Source of the DNA: Chloroflexota bacterium
GTDB lineage: Bacteria; Chloroflexota; Dehalococcoidia; Lucifugimonadales; Lucifugimonadaceae
Reading direction: 5' to 3'
NCBI GenBank assembly: GCA_022567135.1
Contig: JADFHP010000001.1
Coordinates: 1-49,027 of the forward strand
Length of the DNA: 49,027 nt
Below, one piece after another: positions 35,281 to 44,813 of this stretch. The position numbers were made by a program, and so were the translations under genes. Under the pieces are notes generated by a model, which saw only the letters and a program-made list of their open reading frames with translations, was not told the origin of the DNA and made no database searches. Each line of letters starts with the position of its first letter. Position 1 is the first letter of the stretch.

Positions 35281-36360
35281 ATGTCTGAAAACATTCCCGT
35301 CACCTCAAACATCAACATAGCTTCTCTGGGCCCTCTGGATCCGCCGGAGACCTATCTGGACCGGCAGCCCATTACGATCGAGATAGCGAACACTGTCGCC
35401 AACACCAGGGAAGAGATCAAAAAGATCCTCCACGGTGAAGATGAGAGGCTGCTCATTGTGGTTGGCCCTTGCTCTATCCACGATGAGAAGTCCGGCCTGG
35501 AGTACGCGCAACGGCTCGCAAAGGTCCGTGAGCGGGTCAGCGACACAATGCTGATCGTGATGCGAGTCTACTTCGAGAAGCCGCGTACGACCGTTGGCTG
35601 GAAAGGCCTGATCAACGATCCCAATCTCAACGGCACATTCGATATGGGGCGCGGGCTCGAACGTGCGCGCGCGTTCCTGTTGGAGGTGGGGGCGCTCGGC
35701 CTGCCGGCGGCGACCGAGTTCCTTGATCCGTTCACCCCGCAGTACCTGGCCGATCTGGTCTCCTGGGGCGCCATCGGCGCACGGACCACGGAGAGTCAGA
35801 CGCATCGCCAGATGGCAAGCGGCCTGAGCATGCCTGTCGGCTTCAAGAACGGCACAGGCGGCTCGCTTCAGATCGCGGTGGACGCGCTTGTCGCATCACA
35901 GTCACCACACTCGTTTCTCGGCATCGACACGGATGGCCGCGCCGCGATCGTGAACACAAAGGGCAACAACGCTGGACACCTGATACTGCGCGGCGGGACA
36001 ACGGGTCCCAACTACGGCTCCGAGTCCGTAATGACGGCGCAGAACCTCCTCCGCGTTTTCGGCCTGGACGCCCATCTTCTGGTCGATTGCTCGCACGCCA
36101 ACAGCAACAAGGACCACAAGCTGCAGGGCGGCGTGTTCAAGAACGTGTTCCAGCAGCGGCTGAACGGCAACAAGGGAATCGTCGGCGTTATGCTGGAAAG
36201 CCATCTCAACGAGGGCAGCCAGTCGCTTGGCGACGACCCCTCCGAGCTGAAATATGGCGTCTCCATTACGGATGCGTGCATCGGCTGGAAAGAGACCGAG
36301 ACGCTCTTGACGGAGACCCACGAAGCACTGTCTGACTTAAAAGCCGGCGCCCTGGCCTGA
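35281..36360 (+). CDS. aroG: 3-deoxy-7-phosphoheptulonate (DAHP) synthase, class I
   Basis: 359 aa with LLIVVGPCSIHD, YFEKPRTTVGWKGLINDP, VGFKNGT and DCSHANS. Confidence 0.93.
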   Translation: MSENIPVTSNINIASLGPLDPPETYLDRQPITIEIANTVANTREEIKKILHGEDERLLIVVGPCSIHDEKSGLEYAQRLAKVRERVSDTMLIVMRVYFEKPRTTVGWKGLINDPNLNGTFDMGRGLERARAFLLEVGALGLPAATEFLDPFTPQYLADLVSWGAIGARTTESQTHRQMASGLSMPVGFKNGTGGSLQIAVDALVASQSPHSFLGIDTDGRAAIVNTKGNNAGHLILRGGTTGPNYGSESVMTAQNLLRVFGLDAHLLVDCSHANSNKDHKLQGGVFKNVFQQRLNGNKGIVGVMLESHLNEGSQSLGDDPSELKYGVSITDACIGWKETETLLTETHEALSDLKAGALA

Positions 36361-36371
36361 AGCGGAGAATC

Positions 36372-37352
36372 GTGAGCTTCAAGGCTCTGTTGGAAGATCA
36401 CGCCCCCGGACGGCCCACCGTGGTGACGGTGGGCACGTTCGATGGCGTGCACCATGGCCATCGCAAGATACTGGCGCGTACTGTCGAGATTGCACGCGAG
36501 TCAGGTGCGCAGGTTGCCAGCGTTGCGATCATGTTCCGCAAGCCTCCCAGAGCGGTGATCATGCCCAACGCCGAGATCTCATATCTGTGTCCGTTGAAGA
36601 CGCGTGAGCGGCTGATCCGAGAGACCGGAATCGACACTATTATTGCGGTCGATTTTGACGAGTCGATCAGGCTGACAGCGCCACGCGAGTTCGCCGGAAT
36701 TCTGCACGAGGCCTTGCGAATGGGCGCCTTCGTCTCCGGCCCTGGCTCGGCGGTCGGCAGAGACAGGTCAGGCGATTCGGAGACTATGCGGCGACTGGGG
36801 GAGGAGATGGGATTTTCCCTTCATACCGTGCCCCCGGAGATATACAACGGCGAGGCGGTCAGCAGCACGCTGGTCCGCACGGCGCTTGAGGGCGGACGGA
36901 TGGGCGAAGCGGCCGGGATGCTTGGCCGGCGCTACACACTTGCCGGAAAGGTGGTTCGCGGCGAGGCGCGGGGGCGCACCATCGGCTTTCCCACGGTGAA
37001 TCTGGATCGCGGTGATCCTGAGTTCCCCGCGGCCGTGCCTGCAGACGGTATCTACGCCGCCTGGGCGAGAGTTGATGACGGGGCGCAGATTATGGCGGCC
37101 ACAAGTATTGGCGTAAGGCCGACTTTCGGCGATGAGGGGACCCGGACGGTGGAGGCCTATCTCCTCGATTTCGACGAGGACGTGTATGGCCGGACGGTAT
37201 CTCTGGAGTTCGTGCGCCGGTTACGGCCTGAGCGGAAGTTCGACACGGTGGATGAGTTGACGGCGCACATGAATGTTGATGTCGAGAAGACTCGTGAAAT
37301 CCTGTCCGACGATGCCACAGCCGGCGCGTACCCCGGCGCGGACCGCCAATGA
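36372..37352 (+). CDS. ribF: Bifunctional riboflavin kinase/FMN adenylyltransferase
   Basis: 326 aa, GTG start with a GGAG RBS. It has VTVGTFDGVHHGH, GRRY.L.G.V..G...GR.IGFPTVN and ...F..RLR.E.KF....EL. Confidence 0.9.
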   Translation: MSFKALLEDHAPGRPTVVTVGTFDGVHHGHRKILARTVEIARESGAQVASVAIMFRKPPRAVIMPNAEISYLCPLKTRERLIRETGIDTIIAVDFDESIRLTAPREFAGILHEALRMGAFVSGPGSAVGRDRSGDSETMRRLGEEMGFSLHTVPPEIYNGEAVSSTLVRTALEGGRMGEAAGMLGRRYTLAGKVVRGEARGRTIGFPTVNLDRGDPEFPAAVPADGIYAAWARVDDGAQIMAATSIGVRPTFGDEGTRTVEAYLLDFDEDVYGRTVSLEFVRRLRPERKFDTVDELTAHMNVDVEKTREILSDDATAGAYPGADRQ

Positions 37353-37407
37353 CCCCACCCCACCCTGGGGACTGAAGCAACCCGGACAACGAGACTATGA
37401 TTGCCAG

Positions 37408-38676
37408 ATGAACGCATTTGAGGATCTGAAGTGGCGGGGTGCCGTTTACGATTCGACGGCGGGCGCCGAAAAGCTGCTCGCCGATGAGAAGGTAACGGTC
37501 TACTGCGGTTTCGATCCGACGGCAAGCAGCCTGCACATAGGCAACCTGGTCCCCATCATGGGCCTGGTCCGGCTGCAACAGCACGGTCACAACCCGATCG
37601 TGCTCGTTGGCGGCGGCACGGGAATGATCGGTGATCCCAGAGCGAATGATGAACGGCCGCTGATGCCTGTGGAGCAGATCGAGGCTAATGTAGCGGCGGT
37701 TCGTGAGCAGCTCGGCACGTTCCTGGATTTCGATTCCAGGACGAATCCCGCACGGCTGGTCAATAACGCCGAGTGGCTGCTCGAAGTTTCCGCTATCGAC
37801 TTCCTGCGGGATGTTGGCAAGCATTTCTCTGTAAACAGGATGCTGGCGCGGGAGTCGGTGCGGAGCAGGCTGGACCGAGAGGATGGGATTTCGTATACGG
37901 AGTTCAGCTACATGCTGCTCCAGGCCCTCGATTACCTGAAACTGCACGATGAGTACGGCTGCACGTTGCAGATTGGCGGGAGCGACCAGTGGGGCAATCT
38001 GATCGCTGGCGTTGACTTGATAAGGCGGGTGAACGGCGCGGAGGTTCAGGCGCTCGTCTACCCGCTCATAACGAATGCCTCGGGCGAGAAGTTCGGGAAG
38101 AGCATCGGCGGCGCGCCCACGCTGGACCCGGAGCAGACCTCCCCGTACCGGCTTTATCAGTTCTTCTTCAACGCTGAAGACGCAGAGGTGATCTCATATC
38201 TGAAGTTCTTCACCCTGCTTGATCAGGATGAGATAGCCGGACTTGAGCAGGCGGTTGCCGACGACCCGCGCGGCCGGGAGGCGCAGCGGACACTGGCGCG
38301 CGAGGTCATCCGCATGGTGCACGGGCAGGATGCGCTTGATGGCGCGGAACGTGCATCCGAGGTGTTGTTCGGCGGTGAGATAGAGGGTGTCGGCGCCGAC
38401 CAGTTGATGGACATTTTCGCTGATGTCCCATCGAGCGAACTCAACAGAGCCGATCTTGAGGGCGACGGGGTCTCCATAAGCAGGCTGCTTGCGGACACGG
38501 GGACGGCGAAATCCGCCGGCGAAGCGCGCCGCCTCATCGAGCAGGGTGGCGTGTACCTGAACAACGAGCGTGTGACCGACCACACGGCGCCTGTGACGCT
38601 CCGTTCGGCGATAGACGGCCGTGTCCTCGTTCTGAGGCGAGGGTCGCGGAACTACCACCTGGTAACCATTATTTAG
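37408..38676 (+). CDS. tyrS: Tyrosine--tRNA ligase
   Basis: Trimmed to the ATG at 37408 (MNAFEDLKWRG...). It has a HIGH-type motif (SLHIGNL), GGSDQWGN, the KMSKS-type motif KFGKS, and a C-terminal S4-like domain. Confidence 0.95.
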   Translation: MNAFEDLKWRGAVYDSTAGAEKLLADEKVTVYCGFDPTASSLHIGNLVPIMGLVRLQQHGHNPIVLVGGGTGMIGDPRANDERPLMPVEQIEANVAAVREQLGTFLDFDSRTNPARLVNNAEWLLEVSAIDFLRDVGKHFSVNRMLARESVRSRLDREDGISYTEFSYMLLQALDYLKLHDEYGCTLQIGGSDQWGNLIAGVDLIRRVNGAEVQALVYPLITNASGEKFGKSIGGAPTLDPEQTSPYRLYQFFFNAEDAEVISYLKFFTLLDQDEIAGLEQAVADDPRGREAQRTLAREVIRMVHGQDALDGAERASEVLFGGEIEGVGADQLMDIFADVPSSELNRADLEGDGVSISRLLADTGTAKSAGEARRLIEQGGVYLNNERVTDHTAPVTLRSAIDGRVLVLRRGSRNYHLVTII

Positions 38677-38862
38677 GTTTGGCGCTCAGGCATGGTCCTG
38701 CGCCCATCCGCCCGTGAATCCCATCGCCAGACCGGCCTTGACCCTAATTTGACTTCTGACAATGACGATTCTGCTAGCCTCATCTAATCGCGCCCGTCCC
38801 TGGGTGCCTGGGGGTCGCCCGGGAGTGCGTGGGACGGGGTCAGTGGGAAGCGAGACGCTGAG

Positions 38863-41800
38863 TTGGCCACTCGGATCGAAGAGTCCCTGACACCGCTGAG
38901 CGATGAGGCGATTCGAAGCCTCGTTGAGATAGGTCGCGCGCTGAGCGATGAGCCCGAACTGAGCAGTGCGTTCGAGCGCGTCGTGAAAGCCATGGCGGAG
39001 GTCATCGACTTCGACCGGCTTGTGATCTCGATTGTCGATCTTGCGAAGGGAACGGTCGTCGACGCGAATATCGCCGGTTCGCCCATTGCTGAGCGCACGC
39101 CGGACGATGTCAGGCCCTTGAGCGGCACGGTTGCGCAATACTTCGTGGACAGGACCGAGCCAATCGTCGTCAACGTCGAAACGGTGCAGAGCGCGCTGGA
39201 GAAATTCCCGGCGCTGCAGCGGATCGTCGATGCGGGACTCGAGTCCGGAATCTCAGTTCCCCTCCGGAGCCGGGACGACCTCGTCGGCGTGCTCCATGTG
39301 CGTTCGTATTCTGTGGACGAGTACTCCGCGGCGGACGTCGCATTCACGGAAGCGGTGAGCCATCAGCTCGCAGGGCCGCTGGCATCCGAGCAGTTGCGAT
39401 TACGGCTGGTACAGAGCGCACTGGAAGAGTCGGTTCTGGCGGAGATAAGCAGAATCCTCGGCTCCGGCCTGCGCGTTGAGGACATGTTCGAGCAGTTCGG
39501 CGAGCAGGTGAAACGGCTCGTCCCGTTTCAGAGAATGGTTATTGCAACGGCAGACCCGGCCTCTCATACGGCGAGGGACGAGTATGTGACCGGCCTCGGA
39601 CGGTCTGGTTGGATCCCGGGCGAAAACGTCTCGCTCACCGGGTCGTTGGCCGAGTACATGGTGCACCGCAGAAGTCCGGTCTATGTTTTTGAGGGCGACG
39701 AGAGTTTTGTTGGCAAAGTGCCAGACGACGATCATCATCGCCAATCGATCGGTCTCGCCTCGCTGATCTCTGTTCCAATGATCGCCCAGGGCGAGCTGAT
39801 CGGGAATCTGAACGTTCGTGAAAAAGAGCTGTCGGCCTATACTCTCGACGATGTCCGCAAGATGGAGCGCGTCGCCGCGCAGATAGCCGGAACGCTGGCC
39901 AACCAGAAGCTTCACGACAGCATCTCGCGCCAGGCTTCGGAACGGGAGGTTCTTGCCGAGATCGGCCGCACGATCAACTCAACTTTGCGCCTGGAAGAGG
40001 TATTTGAGCAGTTTGCCGTGCAGGCGAGGAAACTGATCCCGTTCGATCGGATCGTGATTTCACGAGTCGAAGCCGAGTCAGACGATCTAGTGGACGCCTA
40101 CGTATCCGGGCGCGGGGTCGAGGGTTACTCTCAGGGTGGCAGGCACGAGCTTTCGTCGACTACCACGTCTGAGGTGGTCCGGACGGGGCGTAGCCATATG
40201 TGGGCCAAAGCTGAACTGGAGCGACAGGCGAAAGAACTGGACCCTGCGGCGCGCGCGCTGGAAAGCGGACTCAACTCCCTGCTCATAACTCCCCTCGTCT
40301 GGCAGGGAGGGGTTGTGGGGACCGTCAATTTCCGTTCCGAACTGCCCGATCCATACGGGCCGGACGAGATCCGTCTTGCGGAGGAGATCGGAGCGCAGAT
40401 CGCCGGAGCGATCGCCACGACACGTCTCTACGAGGAGTCGGAGCGGGAATCAGCGATTCGGAAAGGCCTGGCCGAGATCGGCAAAATCATGACCTCGAGC
40501 CTCGATCTCAACGAGGTGTTTCCCCGTTGCGCAGATCAGATCGCGCGGCTGATTCCGTTCGACCGCCTCGCGATAATCCTGGTCGATGAAGATGCCGGAA
40601 CGAAGACGGACGCGTATTCCGTCGGCATTGAGATTCCCGGACAAGAGCCCGGTGTGGTGACACCATTGGCGAACTCATTTGCGGAAGAGATCCTCGAGAA
40701 CGGCGGCCCGCTGCTGATAGGGGCGGCGGAGCTGGCCGATCGAGCCGAGAGATTTCCCGGAACGCGTGCGCGCGTTGAGCACGGGCTGATCAGTCTCATC
40801 GCGGTCCCGCTCCTCTGGCGCGGCCGCCCCATGGGAATTTTGAACATCCGGTCCACGCAGGATGACGCTTACGGGTCTGGTGATGTTGAACTGGCCACGC
40901 TGATCGCGGCACAGATTGCGGGCAGCGTGGCGACGTCCACAATGTACGCAGAGTCCGAGCGGGAAGCGGAGATCAGAAAAGGGCTTGCTGCAATTGCAGT
41001 AGCGGCCGCCTCTGACCTTCGGCTTGACCAGATGCTTGAAGGCGTCGCGGATGAGCTGGCGTCTGTAATTCCCTACGACCGCATGTCGGTAACGCTTCGG
41101 GACGTTGATGACCCGCTACAGCTCCGGGTCGCGTTTATTCATGGCATCGAAGTCCCGGACTACGCCGTCGGTGACGTGGTCGCGATCAACCCGGACGGCG
41201 AGGGTCAACCCTGGTCATGGCGGAGCAGTTTCATGACCGGGCTTGGAAGCGAGGAAAGGCCGGGCCTGCTGCGGAGAAGCGGCGAAGAGTTGGGCAGGGA
41301 GTCGTGGATCGAGGTTCCGCTTGGCTCTCCAGAGGAAGGCCCCGTCGGCTACCTGGGCCTGCGCAGCGGAGAGAGCCATGAATACTCCGAAGCCGATCTC
41401 GAGGTGTTGAAAAGAGTGGCGGCGCAGATAACGCCGTCTATCAGCAATAGTCGTCTCCACGAGCAACTCCAGGCAGAGGCACGAGAGCGCGAACTTCTCG
41501 CTGAAATCGGGCGCGTGATCGGAGACGCCCGCAATGTGAGCGAACTTTTTTCACAGTTCAAGGGACTGGCCCAGGCCTTGATCCCATCAGATGGTATCGC
41601 CATCGCGACGATCGACTCGAGAACGCAGCGGTTCACCATCCAGGAGATCCACGCGCCTGATCGTATCGAGATGATCGAACGCGGCACAGAACTGCCTCTG
41701 TTCCCTTCGATGAGCGGAGAGGCATACGAACAGCGGGCTACGATCGTCTACTGCCCCGCGAGCGCTGAAGAGGCGGGCAAGCGATCTCCATCACTGAACC

Positions 41801-44004
41801 GGCTATATGAACTCGGCTCCAGGTCTTTCATGGCGTGCCCGCTGATCTCAAGACGTGAAATCCTGGGCACTCTGCTGTTCCAATCTTCGGCCACGGATGC
41901 TTATACGGAAAAGCACATGCAGCTCGCTGATCGTCTCGCGCGTCAAATCGCAGGGAAGATGGAGTCGGCGCAGTTCCAGGCCCAGTTGCAGGAGGAAGCA
42001 AAAGAGAACGAGCTGCTAGCGGAGGTTGGCCGCGTGATTAGCGGATCAGTCGACATCGGGGAGATGTTTGCGCAATTCAAAGGTCTCGCCCGGGAACTGC
42101 TGCCGATTGATGGGCTGGGCATCGCTCTAATAGACGCGGAGACTGACACGCTGGTCCTGGCCCAGGTCGATACCGGCGGTATCGATCCTTCCCCACCTGC
42201 CCCTGGAGAGATCCGCCGCCGTCTGCAGGATTCGCTGGCGAGGGACGCCTATGCCACCGGGAAACCGGTCATCTACTGCCCGGAAGACCCGGATGACATC
42301 CCCGCTGACTATCCCGGTCTGGAGAGACTTCGCGAAATAGGGGCGAGATCGTTCATGGCGGCGCCCCTCATCTCGCACGGCGAGACACTCGGAGCGCTCG
42401 TGCTCTGGGCGAGGAAGCCATCGGCGTTCAGCGAAGACGATGCCAGGCTCGCCGAACGGCTGGCCAACCAGATCGCCGGTAAGCTCGAGATTGCGAATCT
42501 CGTGGCCGACGTCTCCAAGCTGGCGGCGACCGTTGACGCGAGCCCCGACTTCATTTCACTCTCCGACCCGGATTTCAGGCTCGAATACACGAATCCGGCC
42601 GGCCTTGACCTGATGGGCATGCTCCCCCTTGACGAGACGGACGCTGTCCGGGTGCCGGACCTGTTCACACCGAGCGATGCCAGACGGCTTGAGAGCGAGG
42701 GCCTTAACCAGGCGTTGAGAGTGGGGTTCTGGTGGGCAGAGCTGGAGGCAATGAGGTCCGACGGCTCGACCCTCCCGGTGGAGGCATTGCTAGTGCCGAT
42801 CAAGGATTCCGGTGGCGCGGTGCAGAGCTTCAGCCTCCAGTTCCGTGACATTTCCAGGCGAGTTGCGATTCAAAAAGCGCTCGAAGAAAGCGAAGAGCAC
42901 TACCGAGACCTTTTTGAGAACGCTGAGGAGCTGATTCAGTCCGCTGATGCCGAGGGAAATATTCTTTATGCCAACCGAGCCTGGAAGAGAAGACTGGGCT
43001 ACCGGTCGAGTGAAATCAGATCGATGACGATATGGGACGTCATTCATCCCGATGGCCTTGAACACTGCCGGGAAGTGTTTGCGAAGATCGCCAGCGGCGA
43101 ATCGGTTGGTGAATTTGATGCCGAGTTCGTGACGAAGGCGGGCCAGAAGGTCTTCGTTCGCGGCACAACAACCTACAGATTTGAAGATGGCCGGCCGATT
43201 TCGACGCGGGGAATTTTCAGGGACGTGGGCGCCCGCCTCGAAGTGGAGAAGATGAAGGATGAGTTCGTTTCGATGGTCAGCCACGAACTCCGGACGCCGC
43301 TGACGTCAATCAGGGGTTCTCTGGGCATGCTGGCCAGCGGGCTGCTCGAAGATCGGCCTGAGCAGGCCCGGCGGATGCTGGAGATTGCGTCGGCAAACAC
43401 CGACCGCCTGGTCCGCCTGATCAACGACATTCTGGACATCGAACGGATCGAGTCGCGCGCGATTGACATGGACCTGGCGGCGGTTGACGCGCGGGAAGTG
43501 ATCGGACAGGCCGCCGAAGAGATGCAGTCCTTCGCGGATGAAAGGATGGTCCGTCTGGACGCACGTCCCGGGACGGCATGGGTCATGGCTGATCGCGATC
43601 GAATTGTGCAGACGCTCACGAATCTGATCAGCAATGCCGTCAAGTTCTCTGAGCCGGAATCGACCGTTACGATCGACTGTCACCAGGAGGACGAGCGGGT
43701 TCTGTTCACTGTATCCGACTCCGGCCGCGGGATACCTCCGGAAAAGATCGACGCGATCTTCGAGCGATTCAAGCAAGCCGACTCCTCCGATTCCCGCGAC
43801 AAGGGCGGAACCGGACTGGGGCTCGCAATCTGCAGGTTGATCGTCGAGCAACACGGCGGTCAAATATACGTTGAAAGCGAGATGGGCGCTGGCAGCACGT
43901 TTACTTTCTGGTTGATTCGCGCGCCGTTATCGGAGGTTCCCGCCGCCGGCGATGTTTCCGGCGTTGCTGGCGAACTGATGGCGGCCCCTGGTGAACAAGC
44001 GTGA
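38863..44004 (+). CDS. Giant cytoplasmic sensor histidine kinase: 7 x GAF, 2 x PAS, HisKA, HATPase_c (no TM helix, no receiver)
   Basis: 1713 aa with a TTG start. The anchor motif L(A/V)E(I/V)G(R/K)..........F..........(L)IP(F)DR...I occurs at residues 20, 192, 364, 536, 708, 879 and 1052. Each module ends in ..A.QIAG..A. The H-box is SHELRTPLTSI, the N-box is NLISNAVKF, G1 is DSGRGI and G2 is GGTGLGLAI. Confidence 0.9.
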   Translation: MATRIEESLTPLSDEAIRSLVEIGRALSDEPELSSAFERVVKAMAEVIDFDRLVISIVDLAKGTVVDANIAGSPIAERTPDDVRPLSGTVAQYFVDRTEPIVVNVETVQSALEKFPALQRIVDAGLESGISVPLRSRDDLVGVLHVRSYSVDEYSAADVAFTEAVSHQLAGPLASEQLRLRLVQSALEESVLAEISRILGSGLRVEDMFEQFGEQVKRLVPFQRMVIATADPASHTARDEYVTGLGRSGWIPGENVSLTGSLAEYMVHRRSPVYVFEGDESFVGKVPDDDHHRQSIGLASLISVPMIAQGELIGNLNVREKELSAYTLDDVRKMERVAAQIAGTLANQKLHDSISRQASEREVLAEIGRTINSTLRLEEVFEQFAVQARKLIPFDRIVISRVEAESDDLVDAYVSGRGVEGYSQGGRHELSSTTTSEVVRTGRSHMWAKAELERQAKELDPAARALESGLNSLLITPLVWQGGVVGTVNFRSELPDPYGPDEIRLAEEIGAQIAGAIATTRLYEESERESAIRKGLAEIGKIMTSSLDLNEVFPRCADQIARLIPFDRLAIILVDEDAGTKTDAYSVGIEIPGQEPGVVTPLANSFAEEILENGGPLLIGAAELADRAERFPGTRARVEHGLISLIAVPLLWRGRPMGILNIRSTQDDAYGSGDVELATLIAAQIAGSVATSTMYAESEREAEIRKGLAAIAVAAASDLRLDQMLEGVADELASVIPYDRMSVTLRDVDDPLQLRVAFIHGIEVPDYAVGDVVAINPDGEGQPWSWRSSFMTGLGSEERPGLLRRSGEELGRESWIEVPLGSPEEGPVGYLGLRSGESHEYSEADLEVLKRVAAQITPSISNSRLHEQLQAEARERELLAEIGRVIGDARNVSELFSQFKGLAQALIPSDGIAIATIDSRTQRFTIQEIHAPDRIEMIERGTELPLFPSMSGEAYEQRATIVYCPASAEEAGKRSPSLNRLYELGSRSFMACPLISRREILGTLLFQSSATDAYTEKHMQLADRLARQIAGKMESAQFQAQLQEEAKENELLAEVGRVISGSVDIGEMFAQFKGLARELLPIDGLGIALIDAETDTLVLAQVDTGGIDPSPPAPGEIRRRLQDSLARDAYATGKPVIYCPEDPDDIPADYPGLERLREIGARSFMAAPLISHGETLGALVLWARKPSAFSEDDARLAERLANQIAGKLEIANLVADVSKLAATVDASPDFISLSDPDFRLEYTNPAGLDLMGMLPLDETDAVRVPDLFTPSDARRLESEGLNQALRVGFWWAELEAMRSDGSTLPVEALLVPIKDSGGAVQSFSLQFRDISRRVAIQKALEESEEHYRDLFENAEELIQSADAEGNILYANRAWKRRLGYRSSEIRSMTIWDVIHPDGLEHCREVFAKIASGESVGEFDAEFVTKAGQKVFVRGTTTYRFEDGRPISTRGIFRDVGARLEVEKMKDEFVSMVSHELRTPLTSIRGSLGMLASGLLEDRPEQARRMLEIASANTDRLVRLINDILDIERIESRAIDMDLAAVDAREVIGQAAEEMQSFADERMVRLDARPGTAWVMADRDRIVQTLTNLISNAVKFSEPESTVTIDCHQEDERVLFTVSDSGRGIPPEKIDAIFERFKQADSSDSRDKGGTGLGLAICRLIVEQHGGQIYVESEMGAGSTFTFWLIRAPLSEVPAAGDVSGVAGELMAAPGEQA

Positions 44005-44381
44005 GCAGCCGGCGCATCCTCCTGGTCGATGACGACCCCGGGATTCGGGAGGTTACCCGTGTATCGCTCGAAGCGACGATGGGGTGGGAGGTTCTGACTG
44101 CGGCCTCCGGAAACGAGGCGCTTCGGCTGGCGGGCGAAGAGGTTTTCAACGCCATCCTTCTGGACGTGATGATGCCAGACATGGATGGCGCGGAGACTTT
44201 CGCCCGGCTCCGGGAGCATGAAAAGAGCCGGGCCATCCCGGTGGTGCTACTAACGGCGAAGACGCAGAAGGCGGACCTTGCCAGCTACGCCGAGATGGGC
44301 GTGGCGGGCACGGTGCAGAAACCGTTCGACCCGATGTCCCTGGGCCGTGAGGTGGCAGATGCTCTGGGTTGGGAGGATTGA
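44001..44381 (+). CDS. Single-domain response-regulator receiver (CheY-like)
   Basis: 126 aa with all canonical positions present: LLVDDD, LLDVMMPDMDG, LLTA and QKPF. The GTG start overlaps the kinase stop (GTGA). Confidence 0.9.
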   Translation: MSSRRILLVDDDPGIREVTRVSLEATMGWEVLTAASGNEALRLAGEEVFNAILLDVMMPDMDGAETFARLREHEKSRAIPVVLLTAKTQKADLASYAEMGVAGTVQKPFDPMSLGREVADALGWED

Positions 44382-44399
44382 TAGATTCCGAACCTGATC

Positions 44400-44759
44400 A
44401 TGAATGACCGACGCGAACAAGAATTAGAACAGCAGCTCAACGAAGCCATAGCCGCGGTATGGGAACGGCGGCGAGATCAGGTGATGGGCAGAGTGGGGGT
44501 GCTGGTGCGGGTGGCCGAATCGCTGCGCGAGAGTGCGGCGCCAGAAGTGACGCCCGGCGTGGCGCCGGAAATGACGTCAGAAGCAAAAGATGAGGCCCAC
44601 AGGCTGGCCGGGTCGCTGGGGAGCTTTGGTTTCGATGAAGGTTCCGGCATCGCAGCGGAGATCGAAGAACTCCTGTCGCAGGCAATTGGCGACCCTGAGT
44701 GGATCGACAGGGTTGAAACGAAGGTCATGGCGCTCAAGGCTTACATGGAGACGAGATGA
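44400..44759 (+). CDS. Stand-alone Hpt (histidine phosphotransfer) protein
   Basis: 119 aa, helical. EAHRLAGSLGSFGF matches the Hpt signature HxLKGSSxxxG. Confidence 0.65.
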   Translation: MNDRREQELEQQLNEAIAAVWERRRDQVMGRVGVLVRVAESLRESAAPEVTPGVAPEMTSEAKDEAHRLAGSLGSFGFDEGSGIAAEIEELLSQAIGDPEWIDRVETKVMALKAYMETR

Positions 44760-44813
44760 CCCAGACGATCCAGACGACATCAGTTCCGGCAGCATAGGAA
44801 GCCCGAGTCTGCA

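Noticed and set aside
38863-42510. Regular ~516-bp periodicity as a CRISPR-like or satellite repeat
   Set aside because: The periodicity is at the protein-domain level (GAF modules) inside one open frame. The DNA units are diverged, and there is no repeat-spacer structure.
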